Below are positions 17,920 to 28,900 of a stretch of 58,699 bases of DNA, one piece after another. Numbering within the stretch: position 1 is the first letter of the stretch; every line of letters begins with the position of its first letter. Below the pieces are notes generated by a model, which did no database searches, was not told the origin of the DNA, and saw nothing but the letters and a program-made list of their open reading frames with translations. The stretch is taken from IMG/VR virus record IMGVR_UViG_3300008262_000059, positions 1 to 58,699 of that record. One strand, 5' to 3'. This stretch comes from a virus. Its lineage: Duplodnaviria > Caudoviricetes. A program made the position numbers and the translations under genes.

Positions 17920-19404
17920 ATGCAGGCCGATGCTCTCGTCCAAGATCGGGACTTTCAACGGACTTTGGGTGCGTCTCCTTTCTCTGAGGGAGATCTTCCT
18001 CGTCTCTCTTCCGAAGTTGGTAAGGCTTACACCCGTCTGGACGACGACCAGAAGGCGCAGCTTCAGGAACTCTCTGACGATCTGATGGAGTTCTCCACTG
18101 AGGAGCTTCGCACGTTTAAGTATTTTCTCGTGTATCTGCGCCAGAACCGGGCGCGCTACAGCGAGATCGTTTCCAAGATGTATGCCGGTGGGCTGATCGA
18201 GCAGGGCTCTCTCCCGGAAGCTTACTCGCCTGCGTTCTTCTCTTTCCTGACCAGCTTGGTCGATGGCATCCTTGTCAAGAAGAAGGAGCAGGAGACGACC
18301 CGCGGGTTTGCGAAGGGCGGCATCGTCAGTCTGAAGGCGGCGGCGGAGAAGGTCCGCAAGGCTGGCCGTGACGGCGACACCGTTTTGGCTCACATCACAC
18401 CTGCGGAAGCCGCTCTTCTGAAGAGCCGTGGCGGCGCGGGCACGATCAACCCGAAGACGGGTCTGCCTGAATACAAGAGCATCTTCTCGAAGATTGGCAG
18501 CTTCTTCAAGAAGGCTGCTCCGATCATTCTCCCCATTGCCCTGAACTTCCTTGTTCCGGGCCTCGGCGCTATCGCATCGGGCGCGATTGGCGCTGGCGTT
18601 GGCTCGCTGATCGGCGGTGCAAAGCCGCGTGACGCCCTGAAGGCCGCTCTCCTTGGCGGTCTGACAGGCGGAATTGGCGCGGGCATTAGCGGCGCGCTAT
18701 CTGGGACAGGTTTCATGGCGGGCGTCACTGGCGCGCTCCCCAGCGGGTTTGGCGGAACGACCGCCGCTGGTCCGGGTTTCTTCGAGAGCATCGGAGAAAA
18801 GCTCGGGTTTAGCTCTGTTTCTGGTGCGGCACCTCCCGTTCCACCTAGCTCGATCCCCGTCCCCGCCGACGGCACAATGGCCGGTGAGGCTTTTGGGGGC
18901 GGTTCGTTTGGCTCCGCCGCTGCTCGCACGGCAGAAGGCGCGAAAGCCGCCAGTTCCGGGCTTGGCATTGGAAGTCTTGCTGGTAAGGCGACGGATCTCA
19001 TTAAGGAATATCCGAAGACGGCTGTCGCGCTCGGCCTCGGCGCGGGTGCGTTGTTAGCAGGCGCTGGCGGTGGGGACAAAGCACCTCCCCCGCTTGCTCG
19101 TGGTCCGGGCTCGCGGGAACTCATGGAGCAGAACCCGAGCCGCTACGTGTTCGACATCGCCAACTTCCGCCCCCGTTACACCACGGGCGCGGGACTATTC
19201 ACGGCGGCGACCGGCGGTCTTGCCGCCAAGGGCGGCAAGGTCTCTGGTCCGGGAACCGAAACCAGCGATTCCATTCCTGCGCGTCTCAGCGACGGCGAGT
19301 TCGTCTTCACGGCGAAAGCTGTCAGAGGCGCTGGCGGCGGTGACAGAATGAAGGGCGCTCGCAAGATGTACGAGCTTATGCACAAGTTCGAGCGGATGGC
19401 GTAA
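17920..19404 (+). CDS. Internal virion/ejection protein
   Basis: GRDGDTVLAHITP..INPKTGLPEY, a Gly/Ala hydrophobic stretch, and C-terminal GPGTETSDSIPARLSDGEFV. Confidence 0.7.
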   Translation: MQADALVQDRDFQRTLGASPFSEGDLPRLSSEVGKAYTRLDDDQKAQLQELSDDLMEFSTEELRTFKYFLVYLRQNRARYSEIVSKMYAGGLIEQGSLPEAYSPAFFSFLTSLVDGILVKKKEQETTRGFAKGGIVSLKAAAEKVRKAGRDGDTVLAHITPAEAALLKSRGGAGTINPKTGLPEYKSIFSKIGSFFKKAAPIILPIALNFLVPGLGAIASGAIGAGVGSLIGGAKPRDALKAALLGGLTGGIGAGISGALSGTGFMAGVTGALPSGFGGTTAAGPGFFESIGEKLGFSSVSGAAPPVPPSSIPVPADGTMAGEAFGGGSFGSAAARTAEGAKAASSGLGIGSLAGKATDLIKEYPKTAVALGLGAGALLAGAGGGDKAPPPLARGPGSRELMEQNPSRYVFDIANFRPRYTTGAGLFTAATGGLAAKGGKVSGPGTETSDSIPARLSDGEFVFTAKAVRGAGGGDRMKGARKMYELMHKFERMA

Positions 19405-19406
19405 TC

Positions 19407-20459
19407 ATGGCTGAGGTAACACAACAGGAACAGATTGTTCGCGAAGCCCCAGAGATCGAAGCCTATAAGCTCGGTCTTTTGGATCTTGCGAAGCAGCGCG
19501 CCGAAATCCCCGTCAATCTTCCTGCGATTGAGATTGCCGGTCTCATGCCGGAGCAGCTTACTGCACGTGAGCTTGCTGCGGAGGGCATCGGCTCCTATCG
19601 CCCATACCTCGATGCGGCCCTAGAAGCGTATCAGGCGGCAGCGTCGGGTTACGGTGCGCTTCCTTCGTATGGTCAAGAGGCGATTGGCGCTGTTCGTCAG
19701 GGCGCGAATGTCGCTACCGATCTCTCCCTTCGCGGCGCGCAGGCTTACGATCCGACTGCTGTCAGCCAGTTTATGAACCCCTATCAGAGCGCGGTGACGC
19801 AGGAAGCTCTGAAGGAGATGCAGCGTCAGGCTGACATCGCCCGTACGCAGCAGGCCGCTCGCGCTGTCAAAGCGGGTTCGTATGGCGGCAGCCGCTTCGG
19901 CGTCGAGTCTTCTGAGCTTGCGCGTAATCTGGCGGACATCCAGTCGAAGCGTATCTTCGAGGACTACTCTACGAACTACAGTCAGGCGCAGGCTGCGGCC
20001 ATGAACGCCTTCCAGAACCAACAGGCTCGTCTTCAGCAGGCGGGTCAAACGGCGCTTGGTGCTGGCACTGCGCTTGGTCAGGCGGCGGTGTCTGGCGGTC
20101 AGTTGCAGCAGGCGGGTGCGGCGGGCATTGGTGGCCTTGGTCAACAGACCTCGGCCCTTGGTCAGCAGCTGTCGGGTCTTGGTCAGGGCGACGTATCGTT
20201 CCTGTATAATCTTGGCGAAAAGACGCGCGGCTACGAACAGTCTGTTCTGGACGCTGCGCGACAGACGGCAATCCAGCAGGAATACGAGCCGTTCCAACGT
20301 GTCTCGTTCCTCAGCGACATCTACAAGGGTGCGCCGTCTTCGCAGCAGACGATCAGCCAGACCACGGCCCCCTCACCTTCGCTTATCTCACAGGCGGCGG
20401 GTCTCGGCATCGCTGGTCTGAGCGCGTACAATCTGTTTGGTGGCGGCAAGTCGCCGTAA
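19407..20459 (+). CDS. Putative DNA ejection (pilot) protein
   Basis: Gln/Ala/Gly-rich helical protein; FMNPYQ..GSYGGSR; hydrophobic C-terminus. Confidence 0.65.
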   Translation: MAEVTQQEQIVREAPEIEAYKLGLLDLAKQRAEIPVNLPAIEIAGLMPEQLTARELAAEGIGSYRPYLDAALEAYQAAASGYGALPSYGQEAIGAVRQGANVATDLSLRGAQAYDPTAVSQFMNPYQSAVTQEALKEMQRQADIARTQQAARAVKAGSYGGSRFGVESSELARNLADIQSKRIFEDYSTNYSQAQAAAMNAFQNQQARLQQAGQTALGAGTALGQAAVSGGQLQQAGAAGIGGLGQQTSALGQQLSGLGQGDVSFLYNLGEKTRGYEQSVLDAARQTAIQQEYEPFQRVSFLSDIYKGAPSSQQTISQTTAPSPSLISQAAGLGIAGLSAYNLFGGGKSP

Positions 20460-20481
20460 TTTCTGAAATAGGGCACCGGCA

Positions 20482-22950
20482 ATGGCTGACGATTATGCCT
20501 CGATAGTTGAACAGGCTTATATCAACGAGACGGGTCGGGCTTCCGATCCGGAGGGGGCGGCTTATTGGACGGGTCTTCTTGAGTCCGGAGCGATCAGTCC
20601 CGGCGACCTCAGCTCCTTGTTCTCCGGGACGGCGGAAGGAACCACCTTTGACCAAGCAGCTGCTAGGGCAGCTGAAGGAGCCGCTATTGGACAAGCGGTC
20701 GAGCCGAGTAGCGCCGGAACTGGCCCTAATCTTTTTGATAAAATCCGAGAGTTCAATCAAATGAACCCTGCGGACGGCGGCATCGCCAGTCTTGGCAGCG
20801 GCACGACGGCGGGTCAGGTTGCTCCAACCACGGCCCCCGAACTTCGGTCCTTCTTGGAAGGCCAGTATCAGTCCGAGTTTGGCCGTCAGTTTGATGCTCC
20901 GGGCCTCGACTATTGGGCGGACCAGATCCAGAAGGGAAACATCACCAAGGAGCAAGTCGCGGAGATCTTCTCTAAGAGCCCGGAAGGTCTGAAGTACGAC
21001 ATTGCAAACCTTGCGGCGGGCAAGACGACGGATGTTGGCTTTCTCCCTTCCGACCTTTTGAAGAGGTACAGCGATCTCCAAGCCGCGTATCAGACAGCCG
21101 TCTATCGCCCCGGAGACGTTGAGGGTCTGAAGTATTGGCTGGCTAATCCAACCGATTACGCGAAGGCGCTTGGTGGTAGCGACGAGGCTTTCATTCAAGA
21201 GGCTTATCGAAACACTCTTAAATATGCCCCAGATCCGGAAGGTCTGAAGTACTGGGTGGGTCAGTTGGCCGCGGGCAAGGTCACGCGGGCCGGTCTTCCC
21301 ACCGCTCTGATGAACGCGACCAAAAAAGCAGAAGAAGAAAAAAAGAAGATTGAACAGCAGAAGATTGTCGCAGATAAGCAAGCGGTTGCTGGTCAAAGGA
21401 GTCAGTACCTCTACGACTTTGGCAACTTCCCGATAGTCGCTGGCACGCGAACAACGGCGGATGGAAGAGTCGTTCCAACCGTTAACCTCAATCTCAAACA
21501 GCGACCGAAGGTTAGCCTTGGGATTAAGGCGTTTGCCCCACTTAGTTTGACGGGATATGAGTACGATCCGTCTTCTGTCAGCCTTTTCGGAGGCAATCGG
21601 CTTTTTGGTGGGACCGGAATGACGAGCGGGAAGTCTGTCAGTCTCTTTGGTAATCCGGGAATGGCTCAGGCGGCATCAACAGGTGCGGCGCAAGAGGAAG
21701 TCGTCGCGGCAGCCAACGGCGGCATGATCTCGTCTGATCCTGTCATGCGTCGAGCGATGTTCAAGGCCGGTGGACCTGTGTCCTCTGTCGGCACCGGCAT
21801 CACGTCCACGGTTGCTTCTCCGGAGGAGAACGCCAAGGCTCTCCAGACGATGTTTGCGCCGGGGTTCCGCAGCGGCGGCGAAGTGCAATACTTCCAAGAG
21901 GGCGGCGAGGCCGTTGACGAAGAGCGCGTGGGCGAGCAGGCGGCTGAGATGTCCGCCCTTGAGCGGCTGCGGGCGCAGACCCGTAATCCCGAGCCGCGCT
22001 TCAAGCCAGTGATGGAAGTCTTCCGCGAGAACCGAACGCTGCCTATCGACCGTGAGCAGGCGTATACGGGCCGTAGTATGCGTGGCGAGAACGTGGACGT
22101 GGTTCAGTCTCCGTACGCCGGGGGCATGGAAGGCTTTATGCCTCCCCAGATGCAGGATGTTTCTGCGCCACCTGCGCCTAGATATTCCGCGGAAGAAAGA
22201 GCGCGGCTTGCCCGTCAGGCTGCGGCGGATCAGATCGCTGAACGCGAGATGTACCGTCAGGCTGAGGAGGACCAAAGGCTCTATCGCGGCGCGGCTGCTG
22301 CCGCTCCGGCTGAGACGGCCCCGTCCAGAGCCACTGCGGAAAGCGCAAGGGAGCCCGTCAAGGACCGTCTCACGCTTCGTCTTGAGGAACTAAAGGCTGA
22401 ACGCGAGGCCAATAAGGAGAAGCGTCGGGAGAACCAGCTTCTCGCGCTGATGCAGGCTGGCTTTGCCGCCGCCTCGGGTCGCAGCTCAAATGCTCTTGCG
22501 AACATCGCTGCGGGCGGCATCTCTGGCGTTCAGACGCTGGCTGAACTTAACAAGGATGTTCGTGCCGAAGACCGCGCGCTTCGCAGGGAAATCCTTGAGA
22601 CCGAGCTTACGCAAGAGCGTATGCGTGAGGCGGCTGCCGAACGTCGAGCCGGTCGTGAGCAGACGGCTGCCGAGCGCCAGCGCACGCTGTTGCAGACGGT
22701 TAGCTCTAATGCCCGTCAGGAGATCTCCTCGATCAGCCAGCTTATTGGGACTGAGGAAGGCAAACTCCTCACTCCCGGCATTACCGAGGAGCAGAAGGCT
22801 CCGATCAAGTCGGAAATCGCTCGACTTAAAAATCAGCGAGAAGCGGCGCTCGAACAGATGTATGGTGTGTACGAGAGCTTGGGGATACGGAGACCTCGGA
22901 CGGTTGAACAAGAGTCCCCAGACTTTAAGTTCTTGGGCCAGAGAAGATAA
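20482..22950 (+). CDS. Internal virion protein with N-terminal DUF4214-like repeats
   Basis: Repeated Y..GR..D.EG..YW...L units followed by a coiled-coil C-terminal half. Confidence 0.65.
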   Translation: MADDYASIVEQAYINETGRASDPEGAAYWTGLLESGAISPGDLSSLFSGTAEGTTFDQAAARAAEGAAIGQAVEPSSAGTGPNLFDKIREFNQMNPADGGIASLGSGTTAGQVAPTTAPELRSFLEGQYQSEFGRQFDAPGLDYWADQIQKGNITKEQVAEIFSKSPEGLKYDIANLAAGKTTDVGFLPSDLLKRYSDLQAAYQTAVYRPGDVEGLKYWLANPTDYAKALGGSDEAFIQEAYRNTLKYAPDPEGLKYWVGQLAAGKVTRAGLPTALMNATKKAEEEKKKIEQQKIVADKQAVAGQRSQYLYDFGNFPIVAGTRTTADGRVVPTVNLNLKQRPKVSLGIKAFAPLSLTGYEYDPSSVSLFGGNRLFGGTGMTSGKSVSLFGNPGMAQAASTGAAQEEVVAAANGGMISSDPVMRRAMFKAGGPVSSVGTGITSTVASPEENAKALQTMFAPGFRSGGEVQYFQEGGEAVDEERVGEQAAEMSALERLRAQTRNPEPRFKPVMEVFRENRTLPIDREQAYTGRSMRGENVDVVQSPYAGGMEGFMPPQMQDVSAPPAPRYSAEERARLARQAAADQIAEREMYRQAEEDQRLYRGAAAAAPAETAPSRATAESAREPVKDRLTLRLEELKAEREANKEKRRENQLLALMQAGFAAASGRSSNALANIAAGGISGVQTLAELNKDVRAEDRALRREILETELTQERMREAAAERRAGREQTAAERQRTLLQTVSSNARQEISSISQLIGTEEGKLLTPGITEEQKAPIKSEIARLKNQREAALEQMYGVYESLGIRRPRTVEQESPDFKFLGQRR

Positions 22951-22967
22951 TATCAAGGATATGACAG

Positions 22968-25900
22968 ATGCCGGTCTACGAGGTTCAAGCGCCTGATGGC
23001 ACGGTCTTGCAGATTGAAGGACCGGAGGGCGCTTCTCAGGAGTCCATCCTGTCATACGCTAAAAATGTAGCGTACCCGGCCTTCCTTGCCGAAAAGCAAA
23101 AGCCCGAGCCCCAGCAATCTGTTCTCCGGCAGGTTGCTGACGTCCCCCTAAAGATTGGTGCGGGCGCAGTCTCTGGCGTTCGCATGATTGCTGACGCCTT
23201 TGGTGCGGGCTCTGCTGTATCAGAAAACCTGAAGGGTGCTGAGGGCTACATCGAGAGCCTTCTCTCCGCACAGTCCAAAAAAGATTCCGCCGAGATTGCT
23301 CGCATCATGGACGATGCGAAAGACAAGGGCGTCTACGATCAGGTCGTGGCAGCGGTCAACGCGCTGAAGGTGGCCCCGATTGATCTTGTCGCGCAGGGTC
23401 TCGGCACGATGGCCCCGACTATTATCGGTGGTCTTGCTCTTAGGGTTGGCGCGCCCGCAGTCGGCGTTTTGATGGGTGCTGGCACGATCAAGGGGGCCAT
23501 CTATGACGAGACCAAGAAGGTCTTGATGGAGAAGGGGGTATCCCCCGGCCTCGCTGACGAAATCGCGCAGGAAGCGCAGTCGTACGATGGCAAGAACATC
23601 GACCAGATTCTTATTGGTGCAGGTCTTGGTGTTGCTGACGCCTTGACAGGAGCCAGCCGTATCCTGACAAACGTCGCTAGGCAGGCCGCAGGAAAGGCCG
23701 TGGCCGAGGGCGTAGTAAAGGAGATCGGCAGAAACCTCCCGTCTCGACTTGTACGTGGTGCGGCGGGAGAAGCTCCGCTCGAAGCTCTGCAAGGCGGTCA
23801 AGAACAGCTGGCACAAAACCTCGCTATTCAGCGCGAGGGGTTTGAGCGTCCTACCTTCCAAGGTGTCGCCGGTCAGGCGGCGCTGGAAGGGTTGGTTGGC
23901 GGCATCACGGGCGGCGCAGCGCGCGGAGCCTTTGGCCGTCGCCCCGGAGAGCTTCCCCCTGTGCTTCCACCCGTCAGGCCCGGAGAGGAGCCATCCCCCG
24001 CTCCGGCAGTTCCCCCTGCTACTCCGGGTCTGACACCCCCGTCGCCTCCCGGAACCCCTCCCGGCGCCGCGGCTGCGGCGGGGGCACTTCAGACTCCGGC
24101 GTCTATTCAGAATGTCCTGAGCGTCACGGGCGGCGCTGTGCCCGCAACGCTTCAAGGCTCCGTGCAGTTGGCCCAACAGCCGACGCTCCCGGCCCCCGGA
24201 CCAACGACCATTCAAATCCCGACGCCTCCGCCGATCTCGGTGCCGGGGACGCTGGGCACTACGCTCGCCCCGACATCTGTCACGGGCGGGCTTGAGCCGA
24301 CCATTCGTCCGCTGGAGCCTGTCACCACTCCGCCCGCTCTCCAGCTTCCGACCCTTCCGAGGGATCTCGCTGGCGCGAAGCCCCGCTTCAGTCGTATTCC
24401 GCTGTCATTTGCGAGCGACATCGACAAGGCGTTGTACATAACCGCGCAGCAAACAAAGTCTCCGCGAGACGCTGACTACCGCAAGTGGCTCACGAGCCTC
24501 GGCTACAATCAGTCGGACATTACGCGCCTTGGCAATCAGGTCCGCAACCGTATCAAAAACTTAGTCGGACAGGCTCCGGGTGCAGAGGTCGTTCCAATCC
24601 CGACCTTTGCGGCGCTTCCGGCTGCCGGTGCTGCCCGTACGCGTGCTGCTGCTCCCCTTCTTGCTGTTCCTCCGGCGGCTGCTCCGACGCCTGCTCCGGC
24701 TCCCACTCCCGCCGTCTCGCCTCTTGCTGCGGCACTTACTCCTGTCCCAGCGCCAGCGGTGGCTCCCCCTGCGCCCGCAGCCGCTCCCGCTCCGACACCT
24801 TCCCGTGCACTTGCTCTGGCGTTTCAGAGGACGCCGGAGCAGCATCGCTTCAAGTTTGTGAAGACGGGCGTGCAGTCCATCCCCGAGATCGAGACGGCCC
24901 CGCTAATTGTCGAGCTTTCGTCTGTCATCTCTTCCGAGGTGCCGGGTTACGACCCGGCATTGCAGCCGCGTGACAGAACGAGGACTGGATCGGATATTCA
25001 GATTGCCGACATCATCTCGAAGTTTGATCCCCAACTTCTGACCTTTGACCTTAGCACCAAGCGTGGTGCGCCCATCGTCAATGAGAACATGAATGTTGAG
25101 AGCGGCAACGGGCGCATCATGGCCCTGCGTCGCATCTACGAATCACAGCCTGCTCTGGCGGAAGCCTACAAGGCCGAACTTACCCGCCTTGGGTTTGACA
25201 TTTCAGGCATGAGCAATCCCGTTCTCATTCAACGTCGCGGGACGCCCCTCACGCCGGAGGAGACGCAAGCGTACGTCGGAGCTGCGAACACGCCCGACGT
25301 TATGCAGATGAGCGCGGCTGAACTGGCGAAAGAGGACGCCAAGAAGATCACTGTCGAGATGCTCGACCGCATCCCAGAGGGTCGTGACTACACCTCCCAA
25401 CGGTTCGTTGTTGATTTTCTGCGGAAACTCCCGGCGAACGAGCTTAACACCATGCTTAATGCAAAGGGTGAGTTAAGCCCGGACGGCGAGCGCCGCATCC
25501 GAAACGCCGTATTTGCAAAGGCTTTTGGTGACTCGCAGGCTATTGCGCGCATTGCGGAGTCCACCGACGACAACATCCGGTCGATCTCGAACGCCCTGAT
25601 CGACAACCTCGTCAACTTCGCGAAGCTGCGTCTGTCCATCGAGAATGGTCGGACCGACCCCGGTTTCTCAACCGACCCGCTCATCGACGCCATCAACCGC
25701 ATCTCTCAGATGCGTAACACCGGCACGACGCTCGAAAACTATCTGTCGCAAGTGGATGCCTTTAATCCCATTCCGCCGATGACAGAGAAGTTCATGCGCC
25801 TCTTCTACAGCGAGAGGGCGCGGGCGCTTGGTCGGGCGAAGATCTCTGACGGTCTTGGCTTCTATGCACGTGAAGCTTTGAAGGTCACTCCTCCGGATGA

Positions 25901-28900
25901 AGGTCTTGGTCTCGGTCTGGGCCTTCCCGAAATCACGCCGATGAGTCTGATCGACGCGGCGATCAAGCGCGCACAAGGCGTGGTCGAAGGTCAGGGGACC
26001 ATGGTCCTTCAACCTCCGGCTCCGGCGCAAGCTCCGATCCCGACCCCGGCATCTCCGCCTGTCACGGTGGAACCTGTCACCACAAATGTGGTTACGCCCG
26101 CGGCAGCGCCTCTCGCCATCACTGTCACAAGCCGGAAGCGCATCAACCTCGGACCTGTTGAGGGGACGATCACGCGCATCACATTCTCTGACGGCACGGC
26201 TGTCGATATTCAGCGCATGGATAGCGCAAGCACGATGGGTCTGCCGGGATGGCATGACATTAACAAGAGTGTGACAGGAAACTCCTACCTTGGTGACACC
26301 GAGAAGGACGCAATCGCACGTCTGCTCGAACAGAAGAACGCGCAGAAGTTTGTGCCGAAGGCTGCTCCTGTGGGCGTGCTTCCCACACCGGAGCCCACGG
26401 ACCTTGGACCTTCGAACAAGCCGGTTATCGTCGGTGATGTGCCGCAGTCTGTGAAGGACAGCACAAGGATTACATATCTCGGCGGGGCGAAAGAGTTCTT
26501 CGATAGAGAACTCCCCGGCATTGACGGGGTTATTCTGGAAACGGCTTACCGCCTGTATCCGGGGACGGATATTAGTTTTGGGTTAGAGGGCATAACTGGT
26601 TACGGAAACGCACGGGTATCTGGCGGCGAAGGCAGAAGAGTCGTCATACGTGTCAGCCCCTCAAACCTGAAGATGACCTTCGGCAAGGCTGGTGGAGACT
26701 ACCGGACCAAAATACTGCACACTGTGTTCCACGAAATGTCTCATCCGATTGAGTATTTCTGGATCAACAACGCTCCTCGTGACACGCAGATTGCAATTCT
26801 TGAGCAGTTCAAAAAAGAACGCAGTGGAACTGCGGCACAGAGGGCTGGTCTTATACGCTATGTCCTAGAGCAGCAGTCTGACCGTAGCGATCTCGACACG
26901 TTCAAGCAGAGGCTATTAAAGACTTTTGGTCTTACGGAGCAAGAGTTCAATAAGCTTCTTGGGACAAAGCGCGACGTTGGTGCTGGGTCCACGGACATTT
27001 ATCGTGAGGGTCTTAGCACCAAGTACTACAGGAGCTACTCCGAGTGGGTGGCTGAGAAGGGCGCGCAATGGCTATCGAAGGAGCTTGAAGGCAGGCTCCC
27101 GAAGAATGTTTTCGAGAAGTTCCAAAAGGAAATCCTCGGCAAGCTTCGCACGATCTATGAGACGGTGGCTAGAGTTCTTGGTATCCCGACAAGCACGGGA
27201 GCTTTTGAGAAGCTTTTGTCCGATGTTTGGGGGACCAAGACAGTTACTCCGCGTGGGTTAGTTGATGGGGTCGTCTCTAAAAGGGAAAAGACAGACCGTA
27301 TCTCCGATGCGGGGATGGTCGCTTACGAAGAAACAGTTGATGGGAACAACGGCCCGCTGAACAGGCTTCCGGGCGCTGACACCGCACGCCTGAACTCCGA
27401 GAGATTTACGAAGCTAACCAACAAGGTCCGCGAGTTCTTCGACCCCCGCTTCACCATTGACAGCTACCCGATCCTGTCGGAGTTCCGAAACCTGCTGTTC
27501 GGCAAGATCGGGATGTCTACGCAGCGCGCCCGCGATCTTTCCAACACGATCTCGAACGGTACGCCGGAGGTCCAGACTCAGGTCTATAATTACCTGACGA
27601 CGCGAGATGCTAACCCGAGCATGATTGCGGACGAGAAGATCCGCGCAGCTGCCGTTCAGGTGAAACAGGAGATCAACCGCACCGCACAGGAGATGGTTGA
27701 TAAAGGTCTTCTGTCACAGGAAAGCATGGACAAGTACTACGACAGATACCTGCCTCGTATGTACCTGTACTACGAAGCCACTGGTCGCGGCATCAAGAGC
27801 CCGAACATGGGCATCAGCGCGCGTGAGTATCTGAAGCTTCGTGATGAGCAGCTTTCTGAGGAAGAACGCAAGCTGCTTGGCGAAATCAAAAACCCTGCCT
27901 TCCTGTCCTACGTCGCCCTGTCTCGTCCCCAAAAGGACTTGGCGATGATGGAGTACTTCCAGCAGGTCAGGGATCAAACGGGCGTCAACTGGATTGCGCC
28001 AAACTCCCTCGTCGAGTTCAACGGCGAGATGGTGACGCCTTACTGGCTTATGTCAGAGGCGAACATCATGGATGAGATCGCCACGCTGACAGAGCAGACT
28101 GACCCGGAAGCCGCGAAGATGATGCGTGATCGCGCCGACGAGATGCGTCGTGTTGCGGCTCCGGCGATCTCCCGCGAGCAGGCCATCCAGATCCCGGAAA
28201 CGTACCGGCGTCTTCCTGACAGCCCGCGTTATGGCGCGCTTCGTGGGGCCATCATTCAGAAAGGCATCTACGACGACATCGTTGGGACAATGGTGGCTAT
28301 TCCGATCAGCGATAAGCCGTTCGTCCAAGCCCTCCTTGGCGACGAGCAGAGTTTGGTCGTAAAAGCGAACCAGATATGGAAGATGTCGAAGATCACGTTG
28401 AACGTGCCTTCGCAAATCCGTAACGCCATCTCCAACGCCATCGCCATGAACGTGTTTGGCGGTATCCCGCTGCACCGCATCGCCCCCCTTCTCGCCCGCG
28501 CGTCCAAGGAAGTCTCGCAAGACGGACAGTACTGGCAGGAGGCGCAGAAGTACGGCATCACTGGCGGCACCATGTCGGCTGCGGAAATGATTAAGATCCG
28601 CACGGAACTGGAACAGTATCTCCGTAAGGGTGGTGGGGACGGTATCTTCGGAGCGTTCGCTGCTGCGCGTATCGCGGCAGGCAAGGCAATCGGTGCAGCG
28701 TCTGACACGTATCAGGCCGTCGAAGTCCGCTTCAAGATGGCGATGTTTATCCACGGTCGTGAGAAGGGCCTGACCCCCTCGCAGGCCGTCGATGCGGCGA
28801 ACGACGCGCTGTTTGACTACACGCTTGTGAACCCGAACATTCGCTGGCTGCGTAATTCACCTATTGGCCTGCCGTTTGTCACCTACTATTACAAGGCGCT

